Positions 39,712 to 50,213 are shown, numbered from the stretch's first letter. The stretch: 64,000 nt of DNA from Dehalococcoidia bacterium (GCA_045562555.1 JBJKVO010000016.1:117651-181650); one strand, 5' to 3'. The notes: a model not told the origin generated them from the sequence alone. Numbers and translations are program-made.

Positions 39712-41115
39712 ATGGTTACGACAACAGATCCTGGGTTGATAGCCCACTTATATAGGAGAGCCGGATTTGGTGCTACCTACAATGAAATACAGGCTCTAAC
39801 CAACCTGGAGTATGACGAGATAGTTGAGAATCTTTTGAACCCTACTGACGTAGAAGAACTCAATCTTGACATTGCCCGCCGATATCACTTGGAATTGAAC
39901 GACACCGATTCTATCATTCCCCAAAAAGGAGAATGGATTTATCGGATGGTGAATAGTAAACGACACTTAGAAGAGAAGATGACTTTATTCTGGCATTATG
40001 TGTTCGCGACTGGAGCCGGGAAGAGCATGCACTATCCAGCATCTACCACCCAAATCGAGACGTTTCGATCCCTGTGCCTAACCGACATGAAAACTTTGCT
40101 GTTGGCTTTGTCTAAGGATCCTGCAATGAACTTTTGGCTAGACAACTGTGAAAACCATAAAGGTGAACCCAATGAAAACTGGGGCCGTGAACTCTTAGAG
40201 CTATTCTCTATGGGTGTGGGTATGGATAATTCATTCAATTACTCTGAAGATGATGTGAAAATGGCTGCGCGCGCCTTCACGGGCTGGTCGTTCACTCAAC
40301 CGCTGTCAGTATATCCGTATGGCGCCTATCCAAGTGACTTTGTATACCACGAAGAAGATCATGACGACAGCGTCAAAACCTTTCTTGGAAAAGAAGGACG
40401 ATTCAACGGAGAAGATATTCTTGACATGGTAATCCCTCGCCCCGCAACGGCTAGATTTATATGCAGGCACATGTATACATTCTTCGTGGCTGATGAACCC
40501 CAAGTGCCCGCTTGGAATATAGTACCTCCCCAAGACCCAGAGGCAATCGACACGCTAACTCAACAGTATCTCGATACTAACGGTGATATAAAAGCGATTA
40601 TGCGAACATTGCTCACCTCTGATTTTTTTAAAGATTCAATGTTTAAAAAAATTAAAAGTCCAGTGGAACTAATGGTAGGAACAATGAAAACCGCCAGGAC
40701 ACTAGAATTTCCAGGCCCCACATTCGTGGGCTTGGCCAACACAGCTGTAGCAATGGGACAAAACCTTATGTACCCTCCAACAGTCGAAGGATGGCACACA
40801 GGACGGGAATGGATCGATGCAGGTACTCTGAATGAACGAATTAACTTCGCTGTTGGGCAATTTGACTCTGGAGACGCTCCTGGATTGAATGACATGCTTG
40901 AAGAAATCCAAACAAGAGGGGATCTTACTGCTCAACGGTTCGTAGATGTCTGTCTTGAACTACTTGGTTACGTAGATGTAGGAGAAGATACGCGGGAAAC
41001 CCTGTACACCGATGCTTCAGAACAGCTAAGCAAGGACACAGGATCAAGCACAAAGGAACAATTAGTAACTACACTCCAACAGATAGTGTCATCTGTTGAC
41101 TATCAATTTGGTTAA
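39712..41115 (+). CDS. DUF1800 family protein, no signal peptide
   Basis: HLYRRAGFG, EKMTLFWH, PNENWGRELLELFSMG, AARAFTGW, KIKSPVE and GQNLMYPPTVEGW motifs. Confidence 0.9.
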   Translation: MVTTTDPGLIAHLYRRAGFGATYNEIQALTNLEYDEIVENLLNPTDVEELNLDIARRYHLELNDTDSIIPQKGEWIYRMVNSKRHLEEKMTLFWHYVFATGAGKSMHYPASTTQIETFRSLCLTDMKTLLLALSKDPAMNFWLDNCENHKGEPNENWGRELLELFSMGVGMDNSFNYSEDDVKMAARAFTGWSFTQPLSVYPYGAYPSDFVYHEEDHDDSVKTFLGKEGRFNGEDILDMVIPRPATARFICRHMYTFFVADEPQVPAWNIVPPQDPEAIDTLTQQYLDTNGDIKAIMRTLLTSDFFKDSMFKKIKSPVELMVGTMKTARTLEFPGPTFVGLANTAVAMGQNLMYPPTVEGWHTGREWIDAGTLNERINFAVGQFDSGDAPGLNDMLEEIQTRGDLTAQRFVDVCLELLGYVDVGEDTRETLYTDASEQLSKDTGSSTKEQLVTTLQQIVSSVDYQFG

Positions 41116-41134
41116 ACGCATACGGAGGATTGAG

Positions 41135-42265
41135 ATGACTAACACACACAAAGAACCTACTCTTGTAGTATTGGAGCTGGTTGGGGGCAACGACTTCCTC
41201 AACACGCTCATCCCTTACACTAATGGATATTACTATGACAGCAGGCCCCACATCGCATTTAAACCAGAGGACATTTTGCCGATCAATGATGAATTAGGGT
41301 TTAATAAAAATGCGACCACTCTTCAAGAGATTTACAATACCGGCAAAATGGGGATCATTCAAGGAGTTGGGTATCCAGACTCTAGCAGGTCACACTTTAG
41401 GAGCAGAGACATTTGGCATACGTGTGAACCGGATAAAGTAGCAACAGAAGGATGGCTTGGAAAGGTCATCCGGGATCTTGATCCAAACAAAGAAAATGTG
41501 TTGACTGCGATTAGCATTAGTCGGGGCTTGCCCCGTGCAGTCGTCGCCCAAGACGTCCCGGTTACTTCTATTGGAGATTTAGATACTTACGGACTTCTCA
41601 CTGGGATCAAACATGAAGACAAACGAGCTCAGGCTATGTCTATATTTGAGAAAATGTATAGTCCTTATATGGGCGCTGGCATGGTTCGAGACTATCTGAA
41701 GCAAACCGGAAGAGATGTACAAGAAGGCGCAGAGATATTGAAAACCGTACCAGGCCTGTACTCCAGTTCTATTGAATACGCTGATAGCCCTGTGTCCCAA
41801 AACCTTCGAGATGTAGCCCGAATACACCTTGCTGACCTAGGAGTAAAAGTGTTTTATGCTCAACACGGGGGATACGACACTCACGCTAATGAATATTCCG
41901 GCCACGAAAAATTGATGATAGACCTCAACAGAGCAGTCAAAGACTTTTTCGCAGATCTTGAAGAGCACGACGCCGCAGACAACGTAATCATGATGATATG
42001 GTCTGAGTTTGGACGCCGAGTAGTCGATAACGGAAGCGGTACTGACCACGGAGCAGGAGGCGGTGCTTTCATAATCGGGAACAGGGTAAATGGGGGACTT
42101 TATTCTGAATACCCTTCTATTGAACCAAGCCGAACGGATAACGGAGATCTAGCATTCCAGTATGATTTTAGAGGACTTTATTCTTCCGTTATAGACCAAT
42201 GGTTTAACTTGGATAGTCCTTCTATCGTTGGTGGAACGTTCGAACAACTATCTTTAATTAAGTGA
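41135..42265 (+). CDS. DUF1501 family protein, no Tat signal
   Basis: GGNDFLNT, RSHF..W, GWLG, GGYDTH, SEFGRRV and NGSGTDHG motifs. GGAGG RBS before ATG 41135. Confidence 0.9.
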   Translation: MTNTHKEPTLVVLELVGGNDFLNTLIPYTNGYYYDSRPHIAFKPEDILPINDELGFNKNATTLQEIYNTGKMGIIQGVGYPDSSRSHFRSRDIWHTCEPDKVATEGWLGKVIRDLDPNKENVLTAISISRGLPRAVVAQDVPVTSIGDLDTYGLLTGIKHEDKRAQAMSIFEKMYSPYMGAGMVRDYLKQTGRDVQEGAEILKTVPGLYSSSIEYADSPVSQNLRDVARIHLADLGVKVFYAQHGGYDTHANEYSGHEKLMIDLNRAVKDFFADLEEHDAADNVIMMIWSEFGRRVVDNGSGTDHGAGGGAFIIGNRVNGGLYSEYPSIEPSRTDNGDLAFQYDFRGLYSSVIDQWFNLDSPSIVGGTFEQLSLIK

Positions 42266-42275
42266 GGGATGCGAT

Positions 42276-43325
42276 ATGACTAGACCACATGCATTGCTGC
42301 GAGTAGGACTAAGTTACAAAAAGACATTGGGAATGCGAAGGCTTACCAATACACCTTCAGATGTCACCATAGGCGAAGACAACAAACTATATGTTCTTTG
42401 CAGAGGTGGGCAAGCGGTCACTTTCCTCAGAACACTAACAACTGAGGATGAGGATCTATTAGCATTTAACTTCGTAGGAAAAGGTGGTGGTGGAGATGGC
42501 GGTGACTTCGCAATCGAGGGTAAATATATTTGGCCAGCTGCATTAGCCTATCACCCTTCCGGAAACATTTTTATGTCAGATGAGGGGACTCACCAAATAA
42601 CCGAAATGACTACAGAAGGCCAACTGGTATCCCAGTGGGGAACACAAGGCACGGAAGAAGGTTCGTTCAATCGCCCTTCAGGCATCGCTGTGGATGCCGA
42701 AGGCAACTTGTTGATAGTAAACGCCATGAATCACAGAGTCGACCGATTTACTACCTCCGGTGAGTATCTGCAAAGTGTAGGATGCTATGGTACGGGACCA
42801 GGAGAATTAAACATGCCATGGGGAATTTCACTGTCCCCTGACGGAGACATCTATGTATCGGATTGGCATAACAAACGAATTCAGATGTTCAGCAACTCTG
42901 GTGAATTCATAAGGCAAATCGGGGGTCCTGGTGATGGCGATGGATTCTTTGACCAGCCTACCGGACTAGCAGTTGATGCGAACGGGGACTTATTTGTAGC
43001 AGATAAAGCGAGCAATCAGGTTCAATTGTTTAATTCCGATGGTCAGTTTGTACAAAAAATAACAGGTGACGCAACTCTTGGGAAACAAGCAATAGATTTT
43101 CTCTATAGTAATCCTGTAGCACTTAGGATCCGGGAAATGACCCCTCTAGAACCTCAAAAAGATCTTCGAGGGCCTACTAGCGTGAAGATAGACAGCAATG
43201 GTTATGTATATATAACCGATTATGCCTCCCATAGGATACAAGTTTACCATAATGAAGTAATACCCTTAACGAAGGAACAAATAGCGGAACCACTAAGAAG
43301 CCCCTCGCTCTTCACTCAATTTTAA
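42276..43325 (+). CDS. NHL-repeat beta-propeller protein
   Basis: Repeated FNRPSGIAVD / LNMPWGISL / FDQPTGLAVD blades. Confidence 0.9.
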   Translation: MTRPHALLRVGLSYKKTLGMRRLTNTPSDVTIGEDNKLYVLCRGGQAVTFLRTLTTEDEDLLAFNFVGKGGGGDGGDFAIEGKYIWPAALAYHPSGNIFMSDEGTHQITEMTTEGQLVSQWGTQGTEEGSFNRPSGIAVDAEGNLLIVNAMNHRVDRFTTSGEYLQSVGCYGTGPGELNMPWGISLSPDGDIYVSDWHNKRIQMFSNSGEFIRQIGGPGDGDGFFDQPTGLAVDANGDLFVADKASNQVQLFNSDGQFVQKITGDATLGKQAIDFLYSNPVALRIREMTPLEPQKDLRGPTSVKIDSNGYVYITDYASHRIQVYHNEVIPLTKEQIAEPLRSPSLFTQF

Positions 43326-43343
43326 TAAGCACAAGGAAGACTA

Positions 43344-44348
43344 ATGAAACTAGGGCTATCACTCACAGGCATGGGTCAGCAACCTATTGGCACGGATATG
43401 CACGCTCATTATCAACATATAGTCGAATATGTTCGCCATGCCCGTGATCTAGGATTCGACTTCATCTATCAAGGCCAACATTACCTAACAGCCCCATACC
43501 AACAATTGCAGACAGTACCCATGTTATCTCGTCTGTCTGGAGAAGCTGAGGGTATGGAGATTGTTGCTACGCTACTCATACCATTGCAACATCCAGTTGA
43601 TCTCGCCGAACAAATGGCTACATTAGACATTATCACTGGGGGCAAGTTTGTAGTCGCAGGAGCTCTTGGGTACCGAGATGAAGAATACAATGCTTTCAAC
43701 GTCGACCCTAAGTATCGAGTATCTAGATATATGGAATGCCTTCATATAGTGGAACAATTGTGGACAGGAGAACCAGTTACATTCAAAGGCAAACATTTTC
43801 AATTAGAGAATGCTCAGATGATTCTTAAGCCCTTAACCCAGCCCAAACCTCCTTTTTGGGTGGCAGCGAATAGCGATGCGGCCATAAAACGAGCAGCTTT
43901 AAATGGCCTGACTTGGTATGTCAATCCACACGCTAACTTTCCGACAATAAAACGTCAGATAGAGCTTTACCAACAGACCGCGAAAGAAGGTCATGTGCAA
44001 GTTCCACATTCACTTCCGATGGGCAGAGAATTATTCGTTCATAGGGATCCAGAGACTGCGTGGAAAATAGCAGCACCTTATCTAAGCGGTAAATACGAGG
44101 CATACTCCCAATGGGGTCAAGATAAAGCTTTGCCAGCAGATGACCAGTTTGCTGAAGAGTTTCAAGAACTTGCAAAGGATCGCTTTATAGTGGGGAGCCC
44201 AGAGGATTGCATAGGCGAGCTCAAACGGTACGAAGAACTAGGAATCGACCAAGTGAGTCTCCGAATGAATTGGCCGGGCATGCCTCTTAGCGACGCGATC
44301 AAAGGCATTGAAGATTTTGCCGCCGACGTAATGCCTTCATTGAGGTAA
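43344..44348 (+). CDS. Luciferase-like (LLM) flavin-dependent oxidoreductase
   Basis: GQHY, HPVDLAEQMATLD, LGYRDEEY, PPFWVA and IVGSPEDC motifs. Confidence 0.9.
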   Translation: MKLGLSLTGMGQQPIGTDMHAHYQHIVEYVRHARDLGFDFIYQGQHYLTAPYQQLQTVPMLSRLSGEAEGMEIVATLLIPLQHPVDLAEQMATLDIITGGKFVVAGALGYRDEEYNAFNVDPKYRVSRYMECLHIVEQLWTGEPVTFKGKHFQLENAQMILKPLTQPKPPFWVAANSDAAIKRAALNGLTWYVNPHANFPTIKRQIELYQQTAKEGHVQVPHSLPMGRELFVHRDPETAWKIAAPYLSGKYEAYSQWGQDKALPADDQFAEEFQELAKDRFIVGSPEDCIGELKRYEELGIDQVSLRMNWPGMPLSDAIKGIEDFAADVMPSLR

Positions 44349-44398
44349 TATTCTCACAATTTCTCGGCACTCATAAAAAAGCCGATCCAATTCTGTAA

Positions 44399-44454
44399 CA
44401 AAAATAAAAACTCAGTACTCAATATTAGGAATAACCTGCAATTGAATACTGAGC
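44399..44454 (-). terminator. Intrinsic terminator downstream of the molybdoenzyme gene
   Basis: Minus strand CTCAGTATTCAAT...ATTGAGTACTGAG stem (one G:U pair) followed by TTTTTATTTTT. Confidence 0.65.
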
Positions 44455-44498
44455 CTACAAGTGAGTGACTACATTAAGCCCTGACTGTTGGAAAAGGC

Positions 44499-46820
44499 TT
44501 AGTCGATGCTGATTTCCAAGATAGCGTTTAGCACAGTTCCGGGTTTCATGGGCAGTTCATTGACTCTTACCCCGATTGCGTCGTACACAGCGTTGGCTAT
44601 AGCGGCCATGGGTGGGCATATCGGAACCTCTCCTACCCCTCTAACACCGTATGGGTGATTGGGATTGGCGACTTCTACTATCACGGTATCAATCATAGGG
44701 AGGTCGAGTGAAATCGGCATTCGGTAGTCTAAGAAACTAGCGTTCATCATATGGCCATCATCGTTGAGGTAATATTCCTCATTTAAAGCCCACCCAATTC
44801 CTTGAACAACACCGCCTTGAATTTGCCCTTCTACGAACGAGGGATGTATTGCTTTTCCTACATCCTGTGCTGCGGTGTATCGGAGAATTGTAATTTTTCC
44901 GGTTTCAACGTCTACTTCCACGTCAACCACGTGAGTTGCGAGTGCAGGCCCAGGTCCTGGAGGTGTAACACCTGCTCGTCCTACTAATGGCCCTCCTGTT
45001 CCATTCATTCTTGCGGCAATTTGTTTGAAGTCCAGCTTTAATTCAGGATCAGATTTATGGCTGAGAACGCCGTCTTGGAATTCTACATCATCGACTGATA
45101 CGTCCCAGATTTTTGCTCCCCTGTCTAAGATCTGTGATTTAATATCTAGAGCCGCTTCGTGGCAAGCCATCCCAGTTTTGAAAGTTACTCCACTACCACC
45201 TGTGTTGGATGTAAATCCAATGGTATCAGTATCTCCAACCTGTGGCTTGACATCGTCAACTGATATACCAAGAGTTTCAGCGAACTGCATTGCAGAAGTG
45301 GTACGGGTTCCTCCGATGTCAGCTGAGCCTTCGATCAAGTTTACGGTGCCGTCTGGGTTGACAGTTGCCATTGCTGTAGCTGGTCCAGTGCCGTTAAACC
45401 AAAATCCCGAGGCAACTCCTCTGCCTGTATATTTCCCTTCCAAAGGAGCAGTGTAGTGAGGGTGGTTTTTGATAGCGTCAACAGTTTCTTTGAACCCCAC
45501 TTTCGGGTTTACAGGTCCTGTTGCTCGTCTCGTGCCCTCTTCGGCGCTGTTTTCAAGCCTGAAGTCCATAGGGTCTACTTCTAATTTCTCACAAAGTTGA
45601 TCTATAGCTATTTCCATAGCAAAGGCAGCCGTTGGTGCTCCTGGTGCTCTATAAGCTGTAGCTTTGGGGCGATTCACAACTACATCGATTCCTTTAATAT
45701 AGGCATTAGGTATGTTGTAAGGCGCAAATATGCATTGGCATGCAGGAGAAACTGGAGATCCGGGGAATGCTCCTGCTTCATAGATCAGGACGGCGTGTCC
45801 TGCAATTAATTTACCTTCTTTGGTTGCACCCAATTTGACTCGAACGTTAGTCCCTGACGTAGGCCCAGTTGCTTCAAGCACGTCTTTACGCCCCATCACG
45901 ATTTTTACTGGCCGTCCAGCTTTTTTAGCAAGTAGAGCCGCAAGGGGTTCCACATACGACATTGTTTTGGCTCCAAATCCGCCTCCGATTTCATTAGGAA
46001 CTGCCTTTACATCAGAAAGAGGAACCTGGTTTAATTTAGCAACCTGTTCACGAACCATAAAGTGTCCTTGGCTACTAGACCAGACAGTCACTTTGCCGTC
46101 ATCATGCCACATCGCTGTGCCACTATGAGGTTCGATGTATCCCTGGTGGACAGGAGATGTCTTAGTCTCTGTTTCGACTATCACGTCGGCATTCTTGAAT
46201 GCAGCTTCTACATCGCCTAATACAAACTCAAACTCATTTGCAACATTCGAAGGGACGGTCTTGTCATCATCATCCATTAACCCACCAGGTCTAAGAGCTG
46301 GATTGCTGATGGTTCCTAAGCGCTCGTGCAGTAGCGGGGCATTCGCTTTCATTGCATCTTCAGCAGTGCTGACGTGAGGCAAAACCTCGTATTGTACATC
46401 GATTAACTTTGCAGCTTCTTCTGCTAAATGTGCAGAGTCTGCCGCAATCGCAGCGATCGCATGACCTTTGTACAGAGCTTTCTCTCTGGCAAGGACATTC
46501 TGGCCCCAAAAACCCATGTTAACCATAGCTCCCTCTGGCATTTCCGATACTTTACCCGGCAATACTGGTAAGTCATATCCAGTTATTACAGCGTGGACTC
46601 CAGGAATGTCCATGGCTTTCTTTGAATCAATCGACAGTATTCTTGCGTGGGAGTGAGGGCTCCTGACTATCTTGCCGTGGAGCAAGCCTGGCAGGTTCAC
46701 GTCTGCTCCATACCGAGCTTTCCCGGTGACTTTGTCGTAAGCATCTTGACGTTCCGCTCGTTTGCCCACTGTTTTATATTCTTTGTTGGATAAGATTATA
46801 CTTGGTTTGTACTCTAACAT
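44499..46820 (-). CDS. Xanthine dehydrogenase/CoxL-family molybdopterin-binding subunit
   Basis: KVTGKARY, RSPHSHARI, IGGGFGAK, AYRAPG, GQIQGG..QG and GVGE motifs. Confidence 0.93.
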   Translation of the reverse strand: MLEYKPSIILSNKEYKTVGKRAERQDAYDKVTGKARYGADVNLPGLLHGKIVRSPHSHARILSIDSKKAMDIPGVHAVITGYDLPVLPGKVSEMPEGAMVNMGFWGQNVLAREKALYKGHAIAAIAADSAHLAEEAAKLIDVQYEVLPHVSTAEDAMKANAPLLHERLGTISNPALRPGGLMDDDDKTVPSNVANEFEFVLGDVEAAFKNADVIVETETKTSPVHQGYIEPHSGTAMWHDDGKVTVWSSSQGHFMVREQVAKLNQVPLSDVKAVPNEIGGGFGAKTMSYVEPLAALLAKKAGRPVKIVMGRKDVLEATGPTSGTNVRVKLGATKEGKLIAGHAVLIYEAGAFPGSPVSPACQCIFAPYNIPNAYIKGIDVVVNRPKATAYRAPGAPTAAFAMEIAIDQLCEKLEVDPMDFRLENSAEEGTRRATGPVNPKVGFKETVDAIKNHPHYTAPLEGKYTGRGVASGFWFNGTGPATAMATVNPDGTVNLIEGSADIGGTRTTSAMQFAETLGISVDDVKPQVGDTDTIGFTSNTGGSGVTFKTGMACHEAALDIKSQILDRGAKIWDVSVDDVEFQDGVLSHKSDPELKLDFKQIAARMNGTGGPLVGRAGVTPPGPGPALATHVVDVEVDVETGKITILRYTAAQDVGKAIHPSFVEGQIQGGVVQGIGWALNEEYYLNDDGHMMNASFLDYRMPISLDLPMIDTVIVEVANPNHPYGVRGVGEVPICPPMAAIANAVYDAIGVRVNELPMKPGTVLNAILEISID

Positions 46821-46965
46821 CGTGCCTCCAAATCAATTATTGACCGTAACTCCATTGTATCTCAATTGACGACTCTTGTTAATGCTCGGAATGCTGTTAT
46901 GCAGAGAGGTGTTTCAATTTATTACTGTTGGCAGTATCATGTACCCATCCCTAAGGCGGTCTTCT

Positions 46966-48202
46966 ATGGCAAAACTGAGTATCAATATATCAGGCCCATT
47001 TAAACTCCTCGGAAGTAAAAATTATTTCTGCATATGGAACTCTATCTTTTTTACGGGCCTAGCGAACTTTACTGAACAATTTGTGGCGCTTTGGCTAGTT
47101 CTGGAATTGTCTAGCGGCTCTAAATGGGCTCTGCTTCTCGGCGGGGGGGATCACTGCAACCAGATTGATGTTTTGCTTTCTATCTGTATTTACTGGAGCT
47201 ATTGCTGATAAAGTTTCCCGAAAACTGTTAGTAAGTTCTATGCAACTTATCGCCGCTATGTTGTCTCTGGTTCTTGTGGCCTTATTATTAGCTGATATCC
47301 TCGAATTGTGGCACTTATTCCTGGTGGTCTGCCTGACAGGAATCACCCGGATATTTGAAATGCCTACTGCCCAAGCCCTAGCGGGGGACAGCGTCCCGCA
47401 AGGAGAAATTCCCAGAGCTATGGCGCTTGTTAACGGCGGTAGAAATCTTAGTATGGTCTTGGGTCTCCTATTTGCCGGATTCCTGTTTGATGTATTTGGT
47501 CCGGCAGGAACATTCATGGTGATTTTTTGCTTTTACTTTATAGCAGGAATATCTCCTATGTTGATGAAAATACAAAACCCTTCAAGCCTAGATCAAGGAG
47601 AAAGCATTTTAAAATCCATAGGCAACGGATTCAAATACGTGACAGCACGGCAAGTGTTATGGGCTGCATTGCTGGTTGCTGTCTTAATAAACGTTACAGG
47701 GTTCACATTCCATCAAACGCTACTCCCAATGTTTGCTAATGTTGTTATAGACTCAACTGCCACAAAAGCTTCTTTGTTAATGATGGTCTTCGCATTGGGA
47801 GCATTCAGTGGATCTTTGATAATATCTACTTTCTCGACAAACCGTAGGCAAGGGTTGATGTTGATAGTAGCAGTGATCATCTGGCACACTATGATGATCA
47901 TATTCTCCATGACATCCGTATTTGGATTGTGGCTATTGATCCTAATGATAGCCGGGTTCGCTTGGGCAACAACATTGATCAAAATCCAAAGTTTGCTCCT
48001 TGGACAGTCTGACCCAAGTTACAGGGGGCGAATCCAGGGTTTGAGAACTCTTGCAATCTACCCGCATGCCATCGGGAGTCTATTCTCTGGATGGATGGCA
48101 GGTGAGATCGGGGTTGCTGCTGCTGTGGCAATCAATGGTACTTTAGGCATTGGCTTGATTTGTTTAGTTGCATTTATTGCACCCCAATTAAGGAAAAACT
48201 AA
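46966..48202 (+). pseudogene. MFS transporter with a +1 frameshift in a G7 run (47143-47149), probably a sequencing error
   Basis: ORFs 46876-47208 and 47165-48202 join into one MFS (GAIADKVSRK motif A, YRGRIQG) if one G is removed. Confidence 0.8.
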
Positions 48203-48220
48203 AATTTTAGGAGGAGTCTT

Positions 48221-49024
48221 TTGAAAGCTATTGACACTCATTGTCACACCTCTCCATATTGGTTCGAACCCATTTCGGTATTGTTGCATCAAATGGAGTC
48301 AAACAACGTAGAAAAAGCCTTACTGGTACAATTTTTTGGAGTATATGACAACGAATATCTTTTAGAACAAGCGGAACTATTCCCGACTAAATTTAAGGTG
48401 GCAGCACTCGTTGATACGTCGGATCCCGAGGCGAGCATGCACCTAAACCTGCTTAAACAAAGAGGCGTAGACGCAGTTCGATTCACTGCTACCACTAGGT
48501 CACCCGGACAAGATCCGTACCATATATGGAAATGTGCAGAATCTTTAGGCATGACAGCTACCGTCATGGGGGCGTGCGAAGATTACGCACACGAGGACTT
48601 TGAGAGTATCATCCAAAACTGCAGTGATCTTCAGATCGTGATAGAACACTTAGGTGGGGTAGGAGCCTTTTTTGGTCCTGGAAGATCTTCTTCCGACATT
48701 CCTTATGAGCCATACAAAAAAGTGCTTTCTTTATCTCAATATGAGAATGTTGCGATTAAAATTACGGGGTTAGGTGAATTCTGCGAACGCCCCAGGCCGT
48801 TTATCCCCCCAATGCCATTTCATAATATAGCACCGGTAATGGAGATGGCTCTGGAGGCTTATGGGACAGACAGGGTGATGTGGGGTAGCGATTACCCCCC
48901 AGTATCAGCTAGAGAGGGGTACCGCAATGCGTTAATTTTTCCTTACCAACATCTTGATGTTTCGACCGAGGAAAAAGAAAAAATATTTTTCGGCAACGCA
49001 TTGAAATATTGGAAGTTTATTTAA
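48221..49024 (+). CDS. Amidohydrolase_2 family protein (lactonase-like)
   Basis: IDTHCH, VIEHLG and RVMWGSDYP motifs. Confidence 0.88.
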   Translation: MKAIDTHCHTSPYWFEPISVLLHQMESNNVEKALLVQFFGVYDNEYLLEQAELFPTKFKVAALVDTSDPEASMHLNLLKQRGVDAVRFTATTRSPGQDPYHIWKCAESLGMTATVMGACEDYAHEDFESIIQNCSDLQIVIEHLGGVGAFFGPGRSSSDIPYEPYKKVLSLSQYENVAIKITGLGEFCERPRPFIPPMPFHNIAPVMEMALEAYGTDRVMWGSDYPPVSAREGYRNALIFPYQHLDVSTEEKEKIFFGNALKYWKFI

Positions 49025-49035
49025 AGGAGAACAAA

Positions 49036-49557
49036 ATGCCAAGAATCACGTTGGATCTAAATAATCCCGAAGACTTAAAAATGATCAATGCTCAATGGAA
49101 ATTCGCGTTGGGGTATTCGCCAGGACACGAAAATGAAGGCCTCATAGCTCAAAGTCCAGGGTCAGAGGCCCGTCTTCCTTCTTACGACGATTCCCACTGG
49201 GATATCTGCACGGACATCCGCAGAAGTCATTCTACGGGATTCACTTTTGGATGGTACAGAATAGCTCTGCTGATACCAGAATTCGTTCATGGTGAAAATG
49301 TAACAGGATGGCGTATATTTTTTGAAACGAATGCGGATAATTATGGTGAGGTATGGATAAACGGAGAAATAGACCGGAATGTTGGGACGATTGTTGGGCT
49401 TAATTTACCTCAGCGCATCGAATTGACAGAGGCGATTAACGCAAATCCCACCGTAAATGTAGCTTGTCTTGTAGCCAACGGCCCGTTAGGAGAACCTAGA
49501 GGGGGTATCTTTTTGCGCCACGCCACTTTAGCTTTCGAAAACACTGATAATTATTAA
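49036..49557 (+). CDS. Hypothetical protein with stand-alone galactose-binding-like (GH2 N-terminal-like) domain
   Basis: WKF..YDDSHW..GWYR..EVWING pattern. AAGGAG RBS before ATG 49036. Confidence 0.6.
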   Translation: MPRITLDLNNPEDLKMINAQWKFALGYSPGHENEGLIAQSPGSEARLPSYDDSHWDICTDIRRSHSTGFTFGWYRIALLIPEFVHGENVTGWRIFFETNADNYGEVWINGEIDRNVGTIVGLNLPQRIELTEAINANPTVNVACLVANGPLGEPRGGIFLRHATLAFENTDNY

Positions 49558-49568
49558 TTTTAGTCCAG

Positions 49569-50075
49569 TTAGACAGAAATCCCCAAGGCAGCAAAGACAA
49601 ATACCACGAACACCAGAGCTGCAATTGCTGAAATGATATATACTCCTACTGCTCTGAGCATTTTAGGGTAATCAAGAGCAGTTTGAATTGCCAGTACCGT
49701 TGTATACGACTGCCATACGAAAACTACTATCCCTATTAATGGAAATATCAGGACAAAAAGGTAAAACAATGCCGGAAGTTGGGCGAAGCCAAGAGTGCGC
49801 CATACTTGACCGAACGTAGCGTGTGTTTCTGAAGTTTTCATCAAGGTGGTTCCTAGCGCAAAAACTATTCCTGTCAACACTACCCAGAATGTTAAGCTGA
49901 GGAGAACATAACCTATAGAGAATGGTTGGCCTTCTAGGATAGCAAGCCGAAAGGCTCCTGTTAAGCTGGTTGTCACGATCACGGCCAGAGCATAATAGGT
50001 ATAAGAACTGTATTCTTCCACGTGTTCGTACGCATGCCTTTTCAAGAGTAAACAATCAATAAATAATCTGAACAT
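49569..50075 (-). CDS. YIP1-family membrane protein
   Basis: About 5 TM segments with a RTLGFAQLP motif. Confidence 0.75.
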   Translation of the reverse strand: MFRLFIDCLLLKRHAYEHVEEYSSYTYYALAVIVTTSLTGAFRLAILEGQPFSIGYVLLSLTFWVVLTGIVFALGTTLMKTSETHATFGQVWRTLGFAQLPALFYLFVLIFPLIGIVVFVWQSYTTVLAIQTALDYPKMLRAVGVYIISAIAALVFVVFVFAALGISV

Positions 50076-50154
50076 ATAATCCCCTTTTTGTAGTTTCCAT
50101 TATCTAAGCAACCTAGAAAAGATGATATGGAATTCTTAATGTTTTATCAGGGGT

Positions 50155-50184
50155 TTGATACTTCCGTCCTTATATATGTACAAT
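50155..50184 (+). promoter_or_regulatory. Putative sigma70 promoter
   Basis: TTGATA-18bp-TACAAT upstream of ATG 50214, with GGAGAGG RBS. Confidence 0.45.
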
Positions 50185-50213
50185 GGGCCTAAACTACACG
50201 TGCTGGAGAGGAC

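Noticed and set aside
44499-46820. Aerobic CO dehydrogenase CoxL form I
   Set aside because: Lacks the AYxCSFR signature, and no coxM/coxS are adjacent
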